DNA of 64,000 nt, taken from Candidatus Hadarchaeales archaeon (lineage in GTDB: Archaea > Hadarchaeota > Hadarchaeia > Hadarchaeales > WYZ-LMO6). The stretch is taken from NCBI GenBank assembly GCA_038851755.1, contig JAWCKR010000007.1, forward strand, positions 1 through 64,000, in the 5' to 3' direction. Shown in pieces: positions 37,249 to 45,848 of the stretch. The position numbers were made by a program, and so were the translations under genes. Numbering within the stretch: the stretch's first letter is position 1; each line of letters starts with the position of its first letter. Under the pieces are notes generated by a model. It was given only the letters and a program-made list of their open reading frames with translations. It was not told where the DNA came from and ran no database searches.

Positions 37249-38112
37249 CTACCCCCCCGCCAGATAATCCAGAAGCATCTTCGCCACGTTCTCCCTTCTC
37301 ACGGACTGGAGCCCCTTCCACCCGGGAATGGCGTTCACCTCCAGCACGTACCTCTCACCTCCCTCCCCCACCAGCAGGTCCACCCCGGCGTACTCGCATC
37401 CCGTCACCCTCGCCGCCCTCAGGGCCATCTCCCTGCTTTCCTCGTCGGGGTCCCAGGGCTCGGGGGAGGCACCCACCGAAACGTTCGTCTTCCACCCCTC
37501 GCCCCTCCTCTTCATGCCCAGGGTCTCCCCCCCTATCACCAGGATCCGGAGGTCCCAGTTTCCGTGTGGAATGAACTTCTGCACGTAGTACACGGACCTT
37601 CCGTACTCCAGCACGGAGAAGAGACGATAGGCCAGGTCGCCCTCCCTCACCCTCAGCATGCCGGCCCCCAGCGAGCCGAAGAGGGGCTTCACCACCACCT
37701 CCCCGTAGCGCTCGAAGGCCTTCCTCGCCTCCACCCTCCTCTCCGTCACCACCGTGGGAGGAACGGGAAGACCTGCATCCTCCAGCAGGGAGTTGGTGTA
37801 GAACTTATCGGCACACCTCTCTATGGCGGAGGGCGGGTTCACCACCCTCACCCCCAGGTTCTCCAGTCGGTGGAGCACGTCCATCCTGAAGACCAGCTGC
37901 TCCGCCGATCCCTTGGGCACCCACCTCACCAGCAGCAGGTCGAACTCCTCCAAGTCCCTTCCCAGGCAGGTCACCCTGGGCCTCTCACCAAGCCTGGCCA
38001 CCACTTCCTGCAGAGGGAACTCGAAGCACTCCCAGCCCCTCCTCAGCGCCTCTTCCCTTAGCCTGTCCACGTTCCAGTCGGGCCTTCCTGAGGTGAAGAT
38101 GCCCAGCTTCAC
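37249..38112 (-). CDS. RimK-family alpha-L-glutamate ligase (MptN / Orf5-like)
   Basis: ADKF, VKPLFGS.G.G, DLR, WKTN, GVD, LEVN.IPGW ATP-grasp motifs; next to mch. Confidence 0.85.
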   Translation of the reverse strand: MKLGIFTSGRPDWNVDRLREEALRRGWECFEFPLQEVVARLGERPRVTCLGRDLEEFDLLLVRWVPKGSAEQLVFRMDVLHRLENLGVRVVNPPSAIERCADKFYTNSLLEDAGLPVPPTVVTERRVEARKAFERYGEVVVKPLFGSLGAGMLRVREGDLAYRLFSVLEYGRSVYYVQKFIPHGNWDLRILVIGGETLGMKRRGEGWKTNVSVGASPEPWDPDEESREMALRAARVTGCEYAGVDLLVGEGGERYVLEVNAIPGWKGLQSVRRENVAKMLLDYLAGG

Positions 38113-38136
38113 GTAAAGCCCCCTGGAAACCGGGGG

Positions 38137-39075
38137 TCAGGGTTTGAGCCCCAGGGACCTCTCAAGCACTTCCTCGTTGATTCCCCCCGCGTGAAACACC
38201 CTTCCCGTTCTGAGGTTGTTCACGGTGATCTCCGCCGGGGAGAAGAGCTTGGGATCTATCTTGAAGAAGTCTCTCTGATAGCGCTCGAAGAGTTCCAGGA
38301 AGGGTGACCCGTAGTCCTTGGATGAGCTGGAGGGCACCTCCCTGATGATCCTCTCCACCTCCTCATCCTCCGCCTCCACGAAGTACACCGTCCTGCCCCC
38401 GTAGAGCACGCAGTCGTTGGTTTTCCCCATCGCCTCGAGGTCGTTCCTGGCCACAGGAGCGACGGGGGCCCTCCCCATCCCGCTGACGATTTTCTGGAGA
38501 GGGAAGCCCACCTCGTGGAGCTTGTGCACACCGGTCTCCACCACCCTGGCGGAAATCTGGATGCTGCCCACGATACTGGCTGTGGGGGCCACCAGGAGGG
38601 TGAGGTTCTCCGGCTTCACCCCGCACTTCCCCGCCACGAACTCCGCCACCTTCTCGTCCGGGAGTTTCCTGGTCTCCAGGGTGAGCACAGCCACTTCGCT
38701 CTTATCCTGGTAACCAAGCTCCCCGAAGAGCTTCTCCACCCTGGCCAGGGCGCGTCCCGGACCTGAACCCATGGCGAAGTACTTTTCCACTTTCACGGCC
38801 CATCCGGCATACTGGGAAGCCATGCAAGAGACCAGGGGGTGATCCGTCCTCACGAAGACCCAGGGAGACCTCTCCACCCTCACCTCCACCTCTCCAAGTC
38901 CCCCCATGCATATCTTCGAGAAGGCGATTCCCGCCTCCACGCTTCCCGGCACCTCTACACCCGCATCGATTACCGTGGCCCCGTTCACCAGCCTCCTCAC
39001 CTTTATCCTCAGCTCCTCCTCCCTGGCCACCATCTCCTCCACTATCCTCTGCGCCCCCTGATTCACGCTCAGCAC
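38137..39075 (-). CDS. mch: Methenyl-H4MPT cyclohydrolase
   Basis: LSVN, SQYAGW, MGSGPGRAL, Q.SARVVET..HK, AMGKTND, FFKID..LFSPA. Confidence 0.95.
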   Translation of the reverse strand: MLSVNQGAQRIVEEMVAREEELRIKVRRLVNGATVIDAGVEVPGSVEAGIAFSKICMGGLGEVEVRVERSPWVFVRTDHPLVSCMASQYAGWAVKVEKYFAMGSGPGRALARVEKLFGELGYQDKSEVAVLTLETRKLPDEKVAEFVAGKCGVKPENLTLLVAPTASIVGSIQISARVVETGVHKLHEVGFPLQKIVSGMGRAPVAPVARNDLEAMGKTNDCVLYGGRTVYFVEAEDEEVERIIREVPSSSSKDYGSPFLELFERYQRDFFKIDPKLFSPAEITVNNLRTGRVFHAGGINEEVLERSLGLKP

Positions 39076-39076
39076 G

Positions 39077-39886
39077 TCACTCCCTCCACACCAAGATCTC
39101 TCCCTTGCCGGCACAAGCCAGGTCACCGTCGTACCTCTCGTACCTTCCCTTTAAGTATTCCTCCCTCACGGGCAGCCCTTCCCTGAGGAGGTACCTCAGG
39201 AAGAGGGGGAGGAAAGTCGGGCGGTAAACACAGCTGTACTGGAAGGTGGGGAGAAGCGGAGGCTTCTTGAAGGCCAGGATGGTGCCTCTCTCCATTCCAC
39301 CCCCTATCCCTTCCCCCGCCTCCCCGAAGCACACGATCGTTCCACCGGTCATCAGGGCACCGGCAAAATCCCCGAGCCTGCCCTCCACGGCTATCACTCC
39401 CCTCCTCATTCTCTCCCCCACCTCCCTCCCAGCCTCACCTCTCACCACTATCATCCCTCCCTTCATCCCCACCTTGGAACCCCTGTATCCCGCGCCCACC
39501 ATGTTGCCCGCGTTACCCTTGATTTCTATCCTCCCCCCCTTCATCTCTGCCCCGGCCCAGTCGCCCGCGTTCCCCCTCACCACGATCTCCCCACCGCTCA
39601 TCTCAGCTCCCAAATGCATCCCCACGTTGCCCTCCACCTCTATCCTCCCCCTCGTCATCCCGGCCCCCACGTGTTTCACCCTGCTGAAGTCCCCCTCCAG
39701 CCTGAGGGTCTCTCCGCCATCCCTCTCTTCCACCACGAAGAGGTCTTCCAGTCTCTTCCTCCTTCTCCCGTAGAGCACCTCCATCTTTACCACCTCCCCC
39801 AGGGGTTTGCCGCAGAGGTGCTCCGGGCTCAGGACCTCCGCCTCCACCGGGACCTTGAAGGGAACCCTGGGTCTCAGGACAATCAC
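39077..39886 (-). CDS. fwdC: Formylmethanofuran dehydrogenase subunit C
   Basis: Repeated GxxMxGGxIxVxG beta-helix; C-terminal GDL...GKGEI. Confidence 0.93.
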   Translation of the reverse strand: MIVLRPRVPFKVPVEAEVLSPEHLCGKPLGEVVKMEVLYGRRRKRLEDLFVVEERDGGETLRLEGDFSRVKHVGAGMTRGRIEVEGNVGMHLGAEMSGGEIVVRGNAGDWAGAEMKGGRIEIKGNAGNMVGAGYRGSKVGMKGGMIVVRGEAGREVGERMRRGVIAVEGRLGDFAGALMTGGTIVCFGEAGEGIGGGMERGTILAFKKPPLLPTFQYSCVYRPTFLPLFLRYLLREGLPVREEYLKGRYERYDGDLACAGKGEILVWRE

Positions 39887-40770
39887 TTCATCACCTCCCT
39901 GAGATGGAAGAGGTACTTGCCCAGCTTCCCCCCATAGTTGCCAGCCGAGATCCTCCTCACCCCCCTCACCGAGCAGGCCCCCTCTATTCCCTCCCTCATC
40001 GCCCTCCTCACGCTCTCCTCGTCCAAACCGTTGATCACGATCTCGAGCACGCAGTTGACCCCCTCCGGTATTTTGCTCTTCACCAGGGGTCTGAGGGTGG
40101 GGCAGTACTCCGTGTTGGTGGAAGCCCTCAGGAACTTGTATTTGGAGCCCACCTTGCTCCCGCTCCTCACCACCCCTCCCGGGAAGGGCGCCACCACACC
40201 CTCCACCTTCCTGATTCTCTCCACCGCCCTCTCCGCCGCCTCCAGCGTGCAGTCCTCATCCTCCCCCAGGATCAGGAAGTTCCCACCTCCCACCGCCCTC
40301 CTCATCCCGAACTCCTCCTCCACCAGGAACTCCCCCTCCATCACCGGAATCCTCCAAAACCTCTTCCCCTCCACCCTCTTGGAGAGCTGGAAGCCGTCAC
40401 CGAAGAACCTGAGCTTGGCTCCCACCTTCACGCTCTTTTCCCCCTGCAGGCCGTTGAAGCAGGAAGTGGTGGGGCAGGTCATGATGCACTGTCCCACCCT
40501 GCGGAGCAGCTGGTCCTCCAGTTCCTTCTCAGACATGGCGAAGAGGAGAAGGCTGGCCCCCGGCCTTCCGTCCGGGGTGCGTTCCGGTCCCAGCCAGCTC
40601 TCCACCCCTGCCTCCACACCGCAGGCTATCACGGAGGTGGCAAAACCCGTGGCGGTGAGGGCCGCGTTCCTCACCCACTGCTCGTTCTTGGCCGTCACGA
40701 TGACCCTGGCCGCCCTCATGCCGAAGGCCTCGGCGAAGGTGTCCTCTATCTCCACCCCGTTCACCTGCAC
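39883..40770 (-). CDS. ftr: Formylmethanofuran:H4MPT formyltransferase
   Basis: IEDTFAEAF, TPDGRPG, RVGQC.MTCPTT, FPGGVVRSGSK, AGNYGGKLG. Confidence 0.96.
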   Translation of the reverse strand: MQVNGVEIEDTFAEAFGMRAARVIVTAKNEQWVRNAALTATGFATSVIACGVEAGVESWLGPERTPDGRPGASLLLFAMSEKELEDQLLRRVGQCIMTCPTTSCFNGLQGEKSVKVGAKLRFFGDGFQLSKRVEGKRFWRIPVMEGEFLVEEEFGMRRAVGGGNFLILGEDEDCTLEAAERAVERIRKVEGVVAPFPGGVVRSGSKVGSKYKFLRASTNTEYCPTLRPLVKSKIPEGVNCVLEIVINGLDEESVRRAMREGIEGACSVRGVRRISAGNYGGKLGKYLFHLREVMK

Positions 40771-42377
40771 GCTATCACCTCGCTCCTGGGGAGATACTCT
40801 GGCTGCACCGGATAGTTATCCAGCGTGACGGTGTAGTACTTTTCGAACTCCGCCCTGGCGTCCTCCGGAAGCTCACCAGGGGGGCTCACCCAGAAAGTCC
40901 TCCCCCAGTGCTCCTTCACCACCTTCCCGTCCTTCACCACGACCTCCCCGTCCTTGATCACGTACTTGGCCAGCGAGAAGGAACCCACGATGTTGTCCTC
41001 CCTGAACTCGTAAATGGCCACGTCGGCATCCGCCCCCACCCCCAGATGTCCCTTCCTCTTCAGTCCGAGGAGCTTGGCGGGACCGGCCCTGGTGATCACG
41101 GCTATCTCGTAGAGGGAGTACTCCCTCTCCAGGCTCGGGAGGGTGGAGCGGGAGGAGGCCGCCTTGTGGATCTGGGAGAGAACCCTTTCCCTGGCCTCCT
41201 TGCTCATCAGCCACTCGATGACCGCCGGGTAGTGGTAGAAGGGTCCTGCATTGGGATGGTCGGTGGTCAGCACCACTTTCCAGGGATCCTCCACCAGCAG
41301 GGCCACCTCCAGACCTATCGTCCACTGCACGGCGTTCACCAGGGACTTGGGCTTGAAGGTGTAGGGCACGATCCCCGCGCCCACCTCCATCTCCACATCG
41401 GAATTGTACCACTTGTTCCCCGTGAGCTTGAAGAGCCTGTGCTGCCAGGGACCGTCCCCCGTCATGGTGGTGGCCTCACCGAAGATTACCTGTCCCATGT
41501 CACAGGTGGCCCCCTCGGACCTGTTGATGGCCTTTGCCACCTCTGGCGCGGCGGAGGAGAGGGTGGCCCAGTCCTCACCCCCGTAGGAGTTGAACTGGAT
41601 GTGGGTGATGTGGATCCTCCCCCTCTGCGACACCACCGTGTCCACCGTGTCGATCACGATTCCGAACTTTCCTGGAGTCCCCAGCTTGTTACAGTGAACA
41701 TGAATGGGATGGGGGAGACCCAACTCCTCGTTCACCTTGCTCAGGCCCCTCACGATTTCCCTAGGGGTCACTCCATAGTTCTCCACCTTGTCGTCCAGTC
41801 CCTCCACGTTCCTTCCCCACTTCCAGTTCTCCACCCCCCCGGGGTTCACAAGCTTGATCGCGTAACCTTTCGTGGCCTTCAAGAGCCAGCCCACGTAGTT
41901 CCTGAGCTTTTCCCAGTTGCCCTCTGCTATGTATTTCATCACGAAATGGTTGTTCCCCATGAGGGTGAAAGCTCCCTTGTCCACCATGGGTATGTCGCAC
42001 AGCTCCTCATGGACATGCCTGGCAGTGAGGGGTGGCATGGCTGCTTCCATTACGGTGGTGTAACCCATTATCGCGTACCGATATCCGGTGACATGGGTGG
42101 TGGGTACCGTGTGCCCCGCACCGCTTCTCGTCACCTTCGTCATGGGCACGGGGTCCCTCCTGTGGTCCTCCGGCCTCATCAGCCTCCCCAGGTTCACCTT
42201 GGAGCCCGCTATGTGACTGTGGAGGTCCACCCCTCCTGGGAAAACCACCAGGCCAGAAGCGTCTATGACCTCACCCTTCGCCTCCTCCACGATCCTTCCA
42301 CCCTCGATGAAGAGGTCCATTTTCTCCCCCTTGATCCCGTTGAGGGGGTCATACACGGTCCCGTTCTTTATGATCAT
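40761..42377 (-). CDS. fwdA: Formylmethanofuran dehydrogenase subunit A
   Basis: IKNGTVYDP, DLHSH, K.VNPGG, HVH, TTDHPN, GHLGVGADAD. Confidence 0.95.
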   Translation of the reverse strand: MIIKNGTVYDPLNGIKGEKMDLFIEGGRIVEEAKGEVIDASGLVVFPGGVDLHSHIAGSKVNLGRLMRPEDHRRDPVPMTKVTRSGAGHTVPTTHVTGYRYAIMGYTTVMEAAMPPLTARHVHEELCDIPMVDKGAFTLMGNNHFVMKYIAEGNWEKLRNYVGWLLKATKGYAIKLVNPGGVENWKWGRNVEGLDDKVENYGVTPREIVRGLSKVNEELGLPHPIHVHCNKLGTPGKFGIVIDTVDTVVSQRGRIHITHIQFNSYGGEDWATLSSAAPEVAKAINRSEGATCDMGQVIFGEATTMTGDGPWQHRLFKLTGNKWYNSDVEMEVGAGIVPYTFKPKSLVNAVQWTIGLEVALLVEDPWKVVLTTDHPNAGPFYHYPAVIEWLMSKEARERVLSQIHKAASSRSTLPSLEREYSLYEIAVITRAGPAKLLGLKRKGHLGVGADADVAIYEFREDNIVGSFSLAKYVIKDGEVVVKDGKVVKEHWGRTFWVSPPGELPEDARAEFEKYYTVTLDNYPVQPEYLPRSEVIACR

Positions 42378-43639
42378 GCTCCCACCCTCTCGATGATCCT
42401 CTCCAGTATCTCCCTGTCGGGGAGGTAGGGAGACTCCACGACCTTCTTCAGCCTGAGGGGGACGCCGTCCATCCTGTAGGCGGTGCCATCACACTCTATG
42501 CCCGCTATGGCCGAAGGAATGACCACGCGCGCCAGTTTGGTGGTCAGACTCACCTTGGGGTCTATCACTATGGTGGGGACGGATGCCAGATGGCGGATGG
42601 ACCTGGCTGGGAAGTGGGCCGCGGGATCGGAAGCCAGGATGAGGGCGGCATCACATTCCCCCCTGCAGAGAAGGTCGACAGCCGAGAATTCGCCCGGGTT
42701 GTACACGGGGTAACCCCTGCTGAAGTTCACAGCGAAGGGATAGCCTGTAAGCCAGGTGAGCACCTCGTTAGCCCCGCTCACGTTGAAGTGTCCCCTCATG
42801 GGCATGATCAGAAACTTCGTGTAGTCGTTCAGGTCCCTCACCAACCTGAGGGCGGCATCGATGTTCAGGTTCTTTCCCCTGGACATGGTGAGGCCCATCC
42901 CGAAGAAGATGATGCCGAACTTGCAGCTCTTCATCCGCTCCGCCAGCTCCTTGATCCTCTCACCGGGAACCCCGGCCGCCTCCTTGACCTCGTAACCCCT
43001 CAGGGCCGCCCTGAGGGCCGAGAGAAGCTCATAATCCTTCCCCTCCTCCACCTTTATGAACTGGTTCACCATCTTCGAAGTCCTGGTTTCCCTGACGTCC
43101 ACATGCACCGCGAACCTCTCCTTCTTCCCCTGTCTGTACATCCCCACCGGGGTGAGGGAGTACCTCACGGGGTGTCTTATGTGCGCCTCCGCTGGGTTGC
43201 AACCCCAGAAAACCACCAAGTCGGCCCTGTTCTTCACCTCGCCCAGCGTGCACTTCACCGCCCCGCACTCCTGAGCCGCCAGCACCGTTGGCCCGTGACA
43301 GGTGGAGGAAGTGTTGTCCAAGCTGGCCCCCGTCAGCTCGGCCAGCCTAACGGCCAGCCTCTGGGCATCGGACTCGGTGGAGCTCAAGCCATAGATGAGG
43401 GGGAAGTCGGCCTCCCTGAGGATGCGGGAAGCCTCCTCGATGGCCTCTTCCATCCCCACTTCCTTCCCATCTACCATGGGCCTGGCCCTGTCCTCGGCAT
43501 GGGAGAGGAATTTCGACCTGGAGACCGGACAGGCGTTCTTGGTGGAGAGGATTTTCCCCCCCTCCACCTCCACTTCGAGGTCATCGCACAGGCAACCGCA
43601 GAAGGGGCACACCACACCCTTAAGCCACACCACCCTCAC
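42374..43639 (-). CDS. fwdB: Formylmethanofuran dehydrogenase subunit B (Mo/W, Cys ligand)
   Basis: CPFCGCLCDD, STCHGP, EVKNRAD, PMRGH.N, GTAYRMD. Confidence 0.95.
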   Translation of the reverse strand: MRVVWLKGVVCPFCGCLCDDLEVEVEGGKILSTKNACPVSRSKFLSHAEDRARPMVDGKEVGMEEAIEEASRILREADFPLIYGLSSTESDAQRLAVRLAELTGASLDNTSSTCHGPTVLAAQECGAVKCTLGEVKNRADLVVFWGCNPAEAHIRHPVRYSLTPVGMYRQGKKERFAVHVDVRETRTSKMVNQFIKVEEGKDYELLSALRAALRGYEVKEAAGVPGERIKELAERMKSCKFGIIFFGMGLTMSRGKNLNIDAALRLVRDLNDYTKFLIMPMRGHFNVSGANEVLTWLTGYPFAVNFSRGYPVYNPGEFSAVDLLCRGECDAALILASDPAAHFPARSIRHLASVPTIVIDPKVSLTTKLARVVIPSAIAGIECDGTAYRMDGVPLRLKKVVESPYLPDREILERIIERVGA

Positions 43640-44012
43640 CCCTCCATCTCCTCACCAACTCCTCCAGAGTGGTGGGTTCCTGACCGGGGGCAACGGCGAT
43701 CTTGGCCCTCAGGCCCTTGAGGGACGGCATGCCCGTTCCCCCCGTGAGAGGGCTGGTCAGGAAGTTGGCCCAGGGGCCCATGGGCATGAAAATCATACCT
43801 TTCTCCGTATTCCCGAACAAGCACCTGACCACCACTGAGCCGAACTCCGTGGTCACCCTCACCGCCTCGCCCTCCTTCACCCCGAGGGTGTTGGCATCCT
43901 CGGGATGAAGAAAGACCACGGCCACCTTCTCGAAGTACTCGGGAGAGGTCTTCCCCCTCTCCATGCTCACGCCCTGATCCACCGTCCTGCCGGTGTTCAG
44001 GATGACTTCCAA
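43620..44012 (-). CDS. fwdD: Formylmethanofuran dehydrogenase subunit D
   Basis: ILNTGRTVDQG, FMPMGPWAN, TGMPSLKG; C-terminal part of ORF 43620..44555, TTG start. Confidence 0.92.
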   Translation of the reverse strand: MEVILNTGRTVDQGVSMERGKTSPEYFEKVAVVFLHPEDANTLGVKEGEAVRVTTEFGSVVVRCLFGNTEKGMIFMPMGPWANFLTSPLTGGTGMPSLKGLRAKIAVAPGQEPTTLEELVRRWRGEGGVA

Positions 44013-44034
44013 GAGGACCCTTTTTCTCCTCCCC

Positions 44035-44052
44035 CAAAAATTTAAATGTTTT
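44035..44052. promoter_or_regulatory. Palindromic TATA element between divergent fwdD and mtd
   Basis: AAAA-ATTTAAAT-GTTTT, with the core 23-27 nt from both start codons in a 58-nt intergenic gap. Confidence 0.55.
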
Positions 44053-44070
44053 CCCACCTCATTCCCCCCG

Positions 44071-44904
44071 ATGTCCTCCAGGGTAAGGATAGGAGTGGTG
44101 AAGGTTGGAAACATAGGGACCTCGCCCATGATCGACCTCCTCCTCGACGAGAGAGCCGAGAGGGAGGACGTGGACTTCAGGGTCGTGGGGTCAGGGCCCA
44201 AGATGCAGGAGGAGGAGTGCAAGGAATGCGCCCAGAAGATCCTGGAGTTCAACCCTGACCTTGTGCTGATAGTGAGTCCCAACCCCGCCCTTCCAGGACC
44301 CACCTCCGCCAGAAGGATAGTCGCGGGCGGAGGGAAGCCCGTGGTGGTGGTAGGGGATGCGCCCGGGAAGAAGGCCGTGCCCGACCTGGAGAAGGAGGGA
44401 ATGGGGTACATCCTCATAGAGGCCGACGCCATGATCGGGGCCAGGAGGGAATTCCTTGACCCCGCCGAGATGGCCCTCTTCAACGCCAACGTGATAAAGG
44501 TGCTTGCCGCCACGGGTGCCTTCAACGTGGTCTGCGAGGAGGTGGAGAAGGCCATAGAAGGGGTGAAGAAGGGCTCTCCCTACCTCCCCAGGGTGGTGAT
44601 CACCAGACAGAAGGCGGTGGAAGGGGCGGGCTTCCAGAATCCCTATGCGTTGGCCAAGGCCATGGCTGCCTATGAGATGGCCAAGAAGGTGGCGGAGCTC
44701 TCCGTGGAGGGGTGCTTCAGGATGAAGGAGATGAAGGAGTACGTGCCCACGGTGGCCTCCTCCCACGAGATGATGGACACCGCGGCGAGACTGGCCACCG
44801 AAGCCAGGGAGCTGGAGAAGTCTTCCGATTCCCTCCTCAGAAAACCGCACGCCGACGACGGCAGACTCCTTTCCAAGAGGAAACTGATGGAAAAACCAAG
44901 CTGA
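44071..44904 (+). CDS. mtd: F420-dependent methylene-H4MPT dehydrogenase
   Basis: K.GNIG, LLDERAERED, GSGPKM, SPN...PGP, MIGARREFLDP.EMALFN, R.PH. Confidence 0.95.
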   Translation: MSSRVRIGVVKVGNIGTSPMIDLLLDERAEREDVDFRVVGSGPKMQEEECKECAQKILEFNPDLVLIVSPNPALPGPTSARRIVAGGGKPVVVVGDAPGKKAVPDLEKEGMGYILIEADAMIGARREFLDPAEMALFNANVIKVLAATGAFNVVCEEVEKAIEGVKKGSPYLPRVVITRQKAVEGAGFQNPYALAKAMAAYEMAKKVAELSVEGCFRMKEMKEYVPTVASSHEMMDTAARLATEARELEKSSDSLLRKPHADDGRLLSKRKLMEKPS

Positions 44905-44909
44905 GGGCC

Positions 44910-45848
44910 TTGAGAGAGGTTCTGGTAAGCTCACCCTCCAGGTTGCACCTGGGGCTTCTGGATCCCTCCGGAAGGGAGGGGAGAATTCACGGGGGGATGG
45001 GGGTGGCCCTTTTGAGGCCCAGGGTGAGGGTAAAGGTCTCCGCTCATCCCTCCCTGGAGGTCTCCGGACCCTCCTCCAAGCTCGCCGAGAGGAAGGCCGC
45101 CGTGCTCCTCAGGAGACTGAAGGGGAAAGGGGCAAGGATCAGGGTGCTGGAGAGCATACCCGAACACGTGGGGCTGGGCTCCACCACCCAGCTCTCCCTG
45201 GCGGTGGGGATGGGGGTGGTAAAGCTGTTGGGGGCAAGGCTCTCCGTGGAGGAGGTGAGCAGGGTACTGGGCAGGGGATGGTTCTCGGGGGTGGGAACTC
45301 ATCTCTTCCGACTGGGAGGTTTCGTGCTGGAGGGAGGGAGGAAGAAGGATGGTCTTCCCCCCCTCCTCTTCCGCTCTCCCTTCCCCGAGGAGTGGAGGTT
45401 CGTGGTGGCCCTGCCTCCCCTGAGGGGGCTGGACGAGAAGGAAGAGAGAAAGGCCTTCCGGAGGGTCTCCCCCTCCCCGGAGGAGGTGGGGAAGGTCTGC
45501 AGGCTCGTCCTCATGAAGATGCTTCCCAGTTTGGTGGAGCGTGACCTCCAGGCCTTCGGCTCCTCCCTCACCGAGCTCCAGAGGGCGGTGGGAGGCTACT
45601 TCAGGGAAGTGCAGGGGGGGATCTTCGGAAGTCCCCTGCTCGAGGAGACGGTGGAGTTCATGCTGGAGGAAGGGGCAGAAGGGGGAGGGCAGAGCTCCTG
45701 GGGACCGGCCGTCTACGGGCTGGTGGGGGAGGAAAGAAGGGCCAGGGAACTGAAGGAAAGGGTGGAAAGGTTCCTGCAGAGGAGGGGTGGGGGAGAGGTC
45801 TTCACCTCGGGGGCTGACAACAGGGGCGCGAGGTTCCTAGTGCGCTGA
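44910..45848 (+). CDS. mptG: Beta-RFAP synthase (H4MPT biosynthesis)
   Basis: PSRLHLGL, HVGLGSTTQL, GRG..SG.G, GQSSWGP, N.GA. Start at TTG 44910 or CTG 44901. Confidence 0.9.
   Translation: MREVLVSSPSRLHLGLLDPSGREGRIHGGMGVALLRPRVRVKVSAHPSLEVSGPSSKLAERKAAVLLRRLKGKGARIRVLESIPEHVGLGSTTQLSLAVGMGVVKLLGARLSVEEVSRVLGRGWFSGVGTHLFRLGGFVLEGGRKKDGLPPLLFRSPFPEEWRFVVALPPLRGLDEKEERKAFRRVSPSPEEVGKVCRLVLMKMLPSLVERDLQAFGSSLTELQRAVGGYFREVQGGIFGSPLLEETVEFMLEEGAEGGGQSSWGPAVYGLVGEERRARELKERVERFLQRRGGGEVFTSGADNRGARFLVR

Noticed and set aside
39300-39720. Repetitive DNA within fwdC
   Set aside because: Known GxxMxxG beta-helix protein repeats, not a CRISPR or DNA repeat element.
13929-43639. Selenocysteine or pyrrolysine recoding in HydA, FwdB, the MvhD-like protein or the corrinoid module
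   Set aside because: The relevant positions are Cys codons and no in-frame TGA/TAG interruptions were seen.
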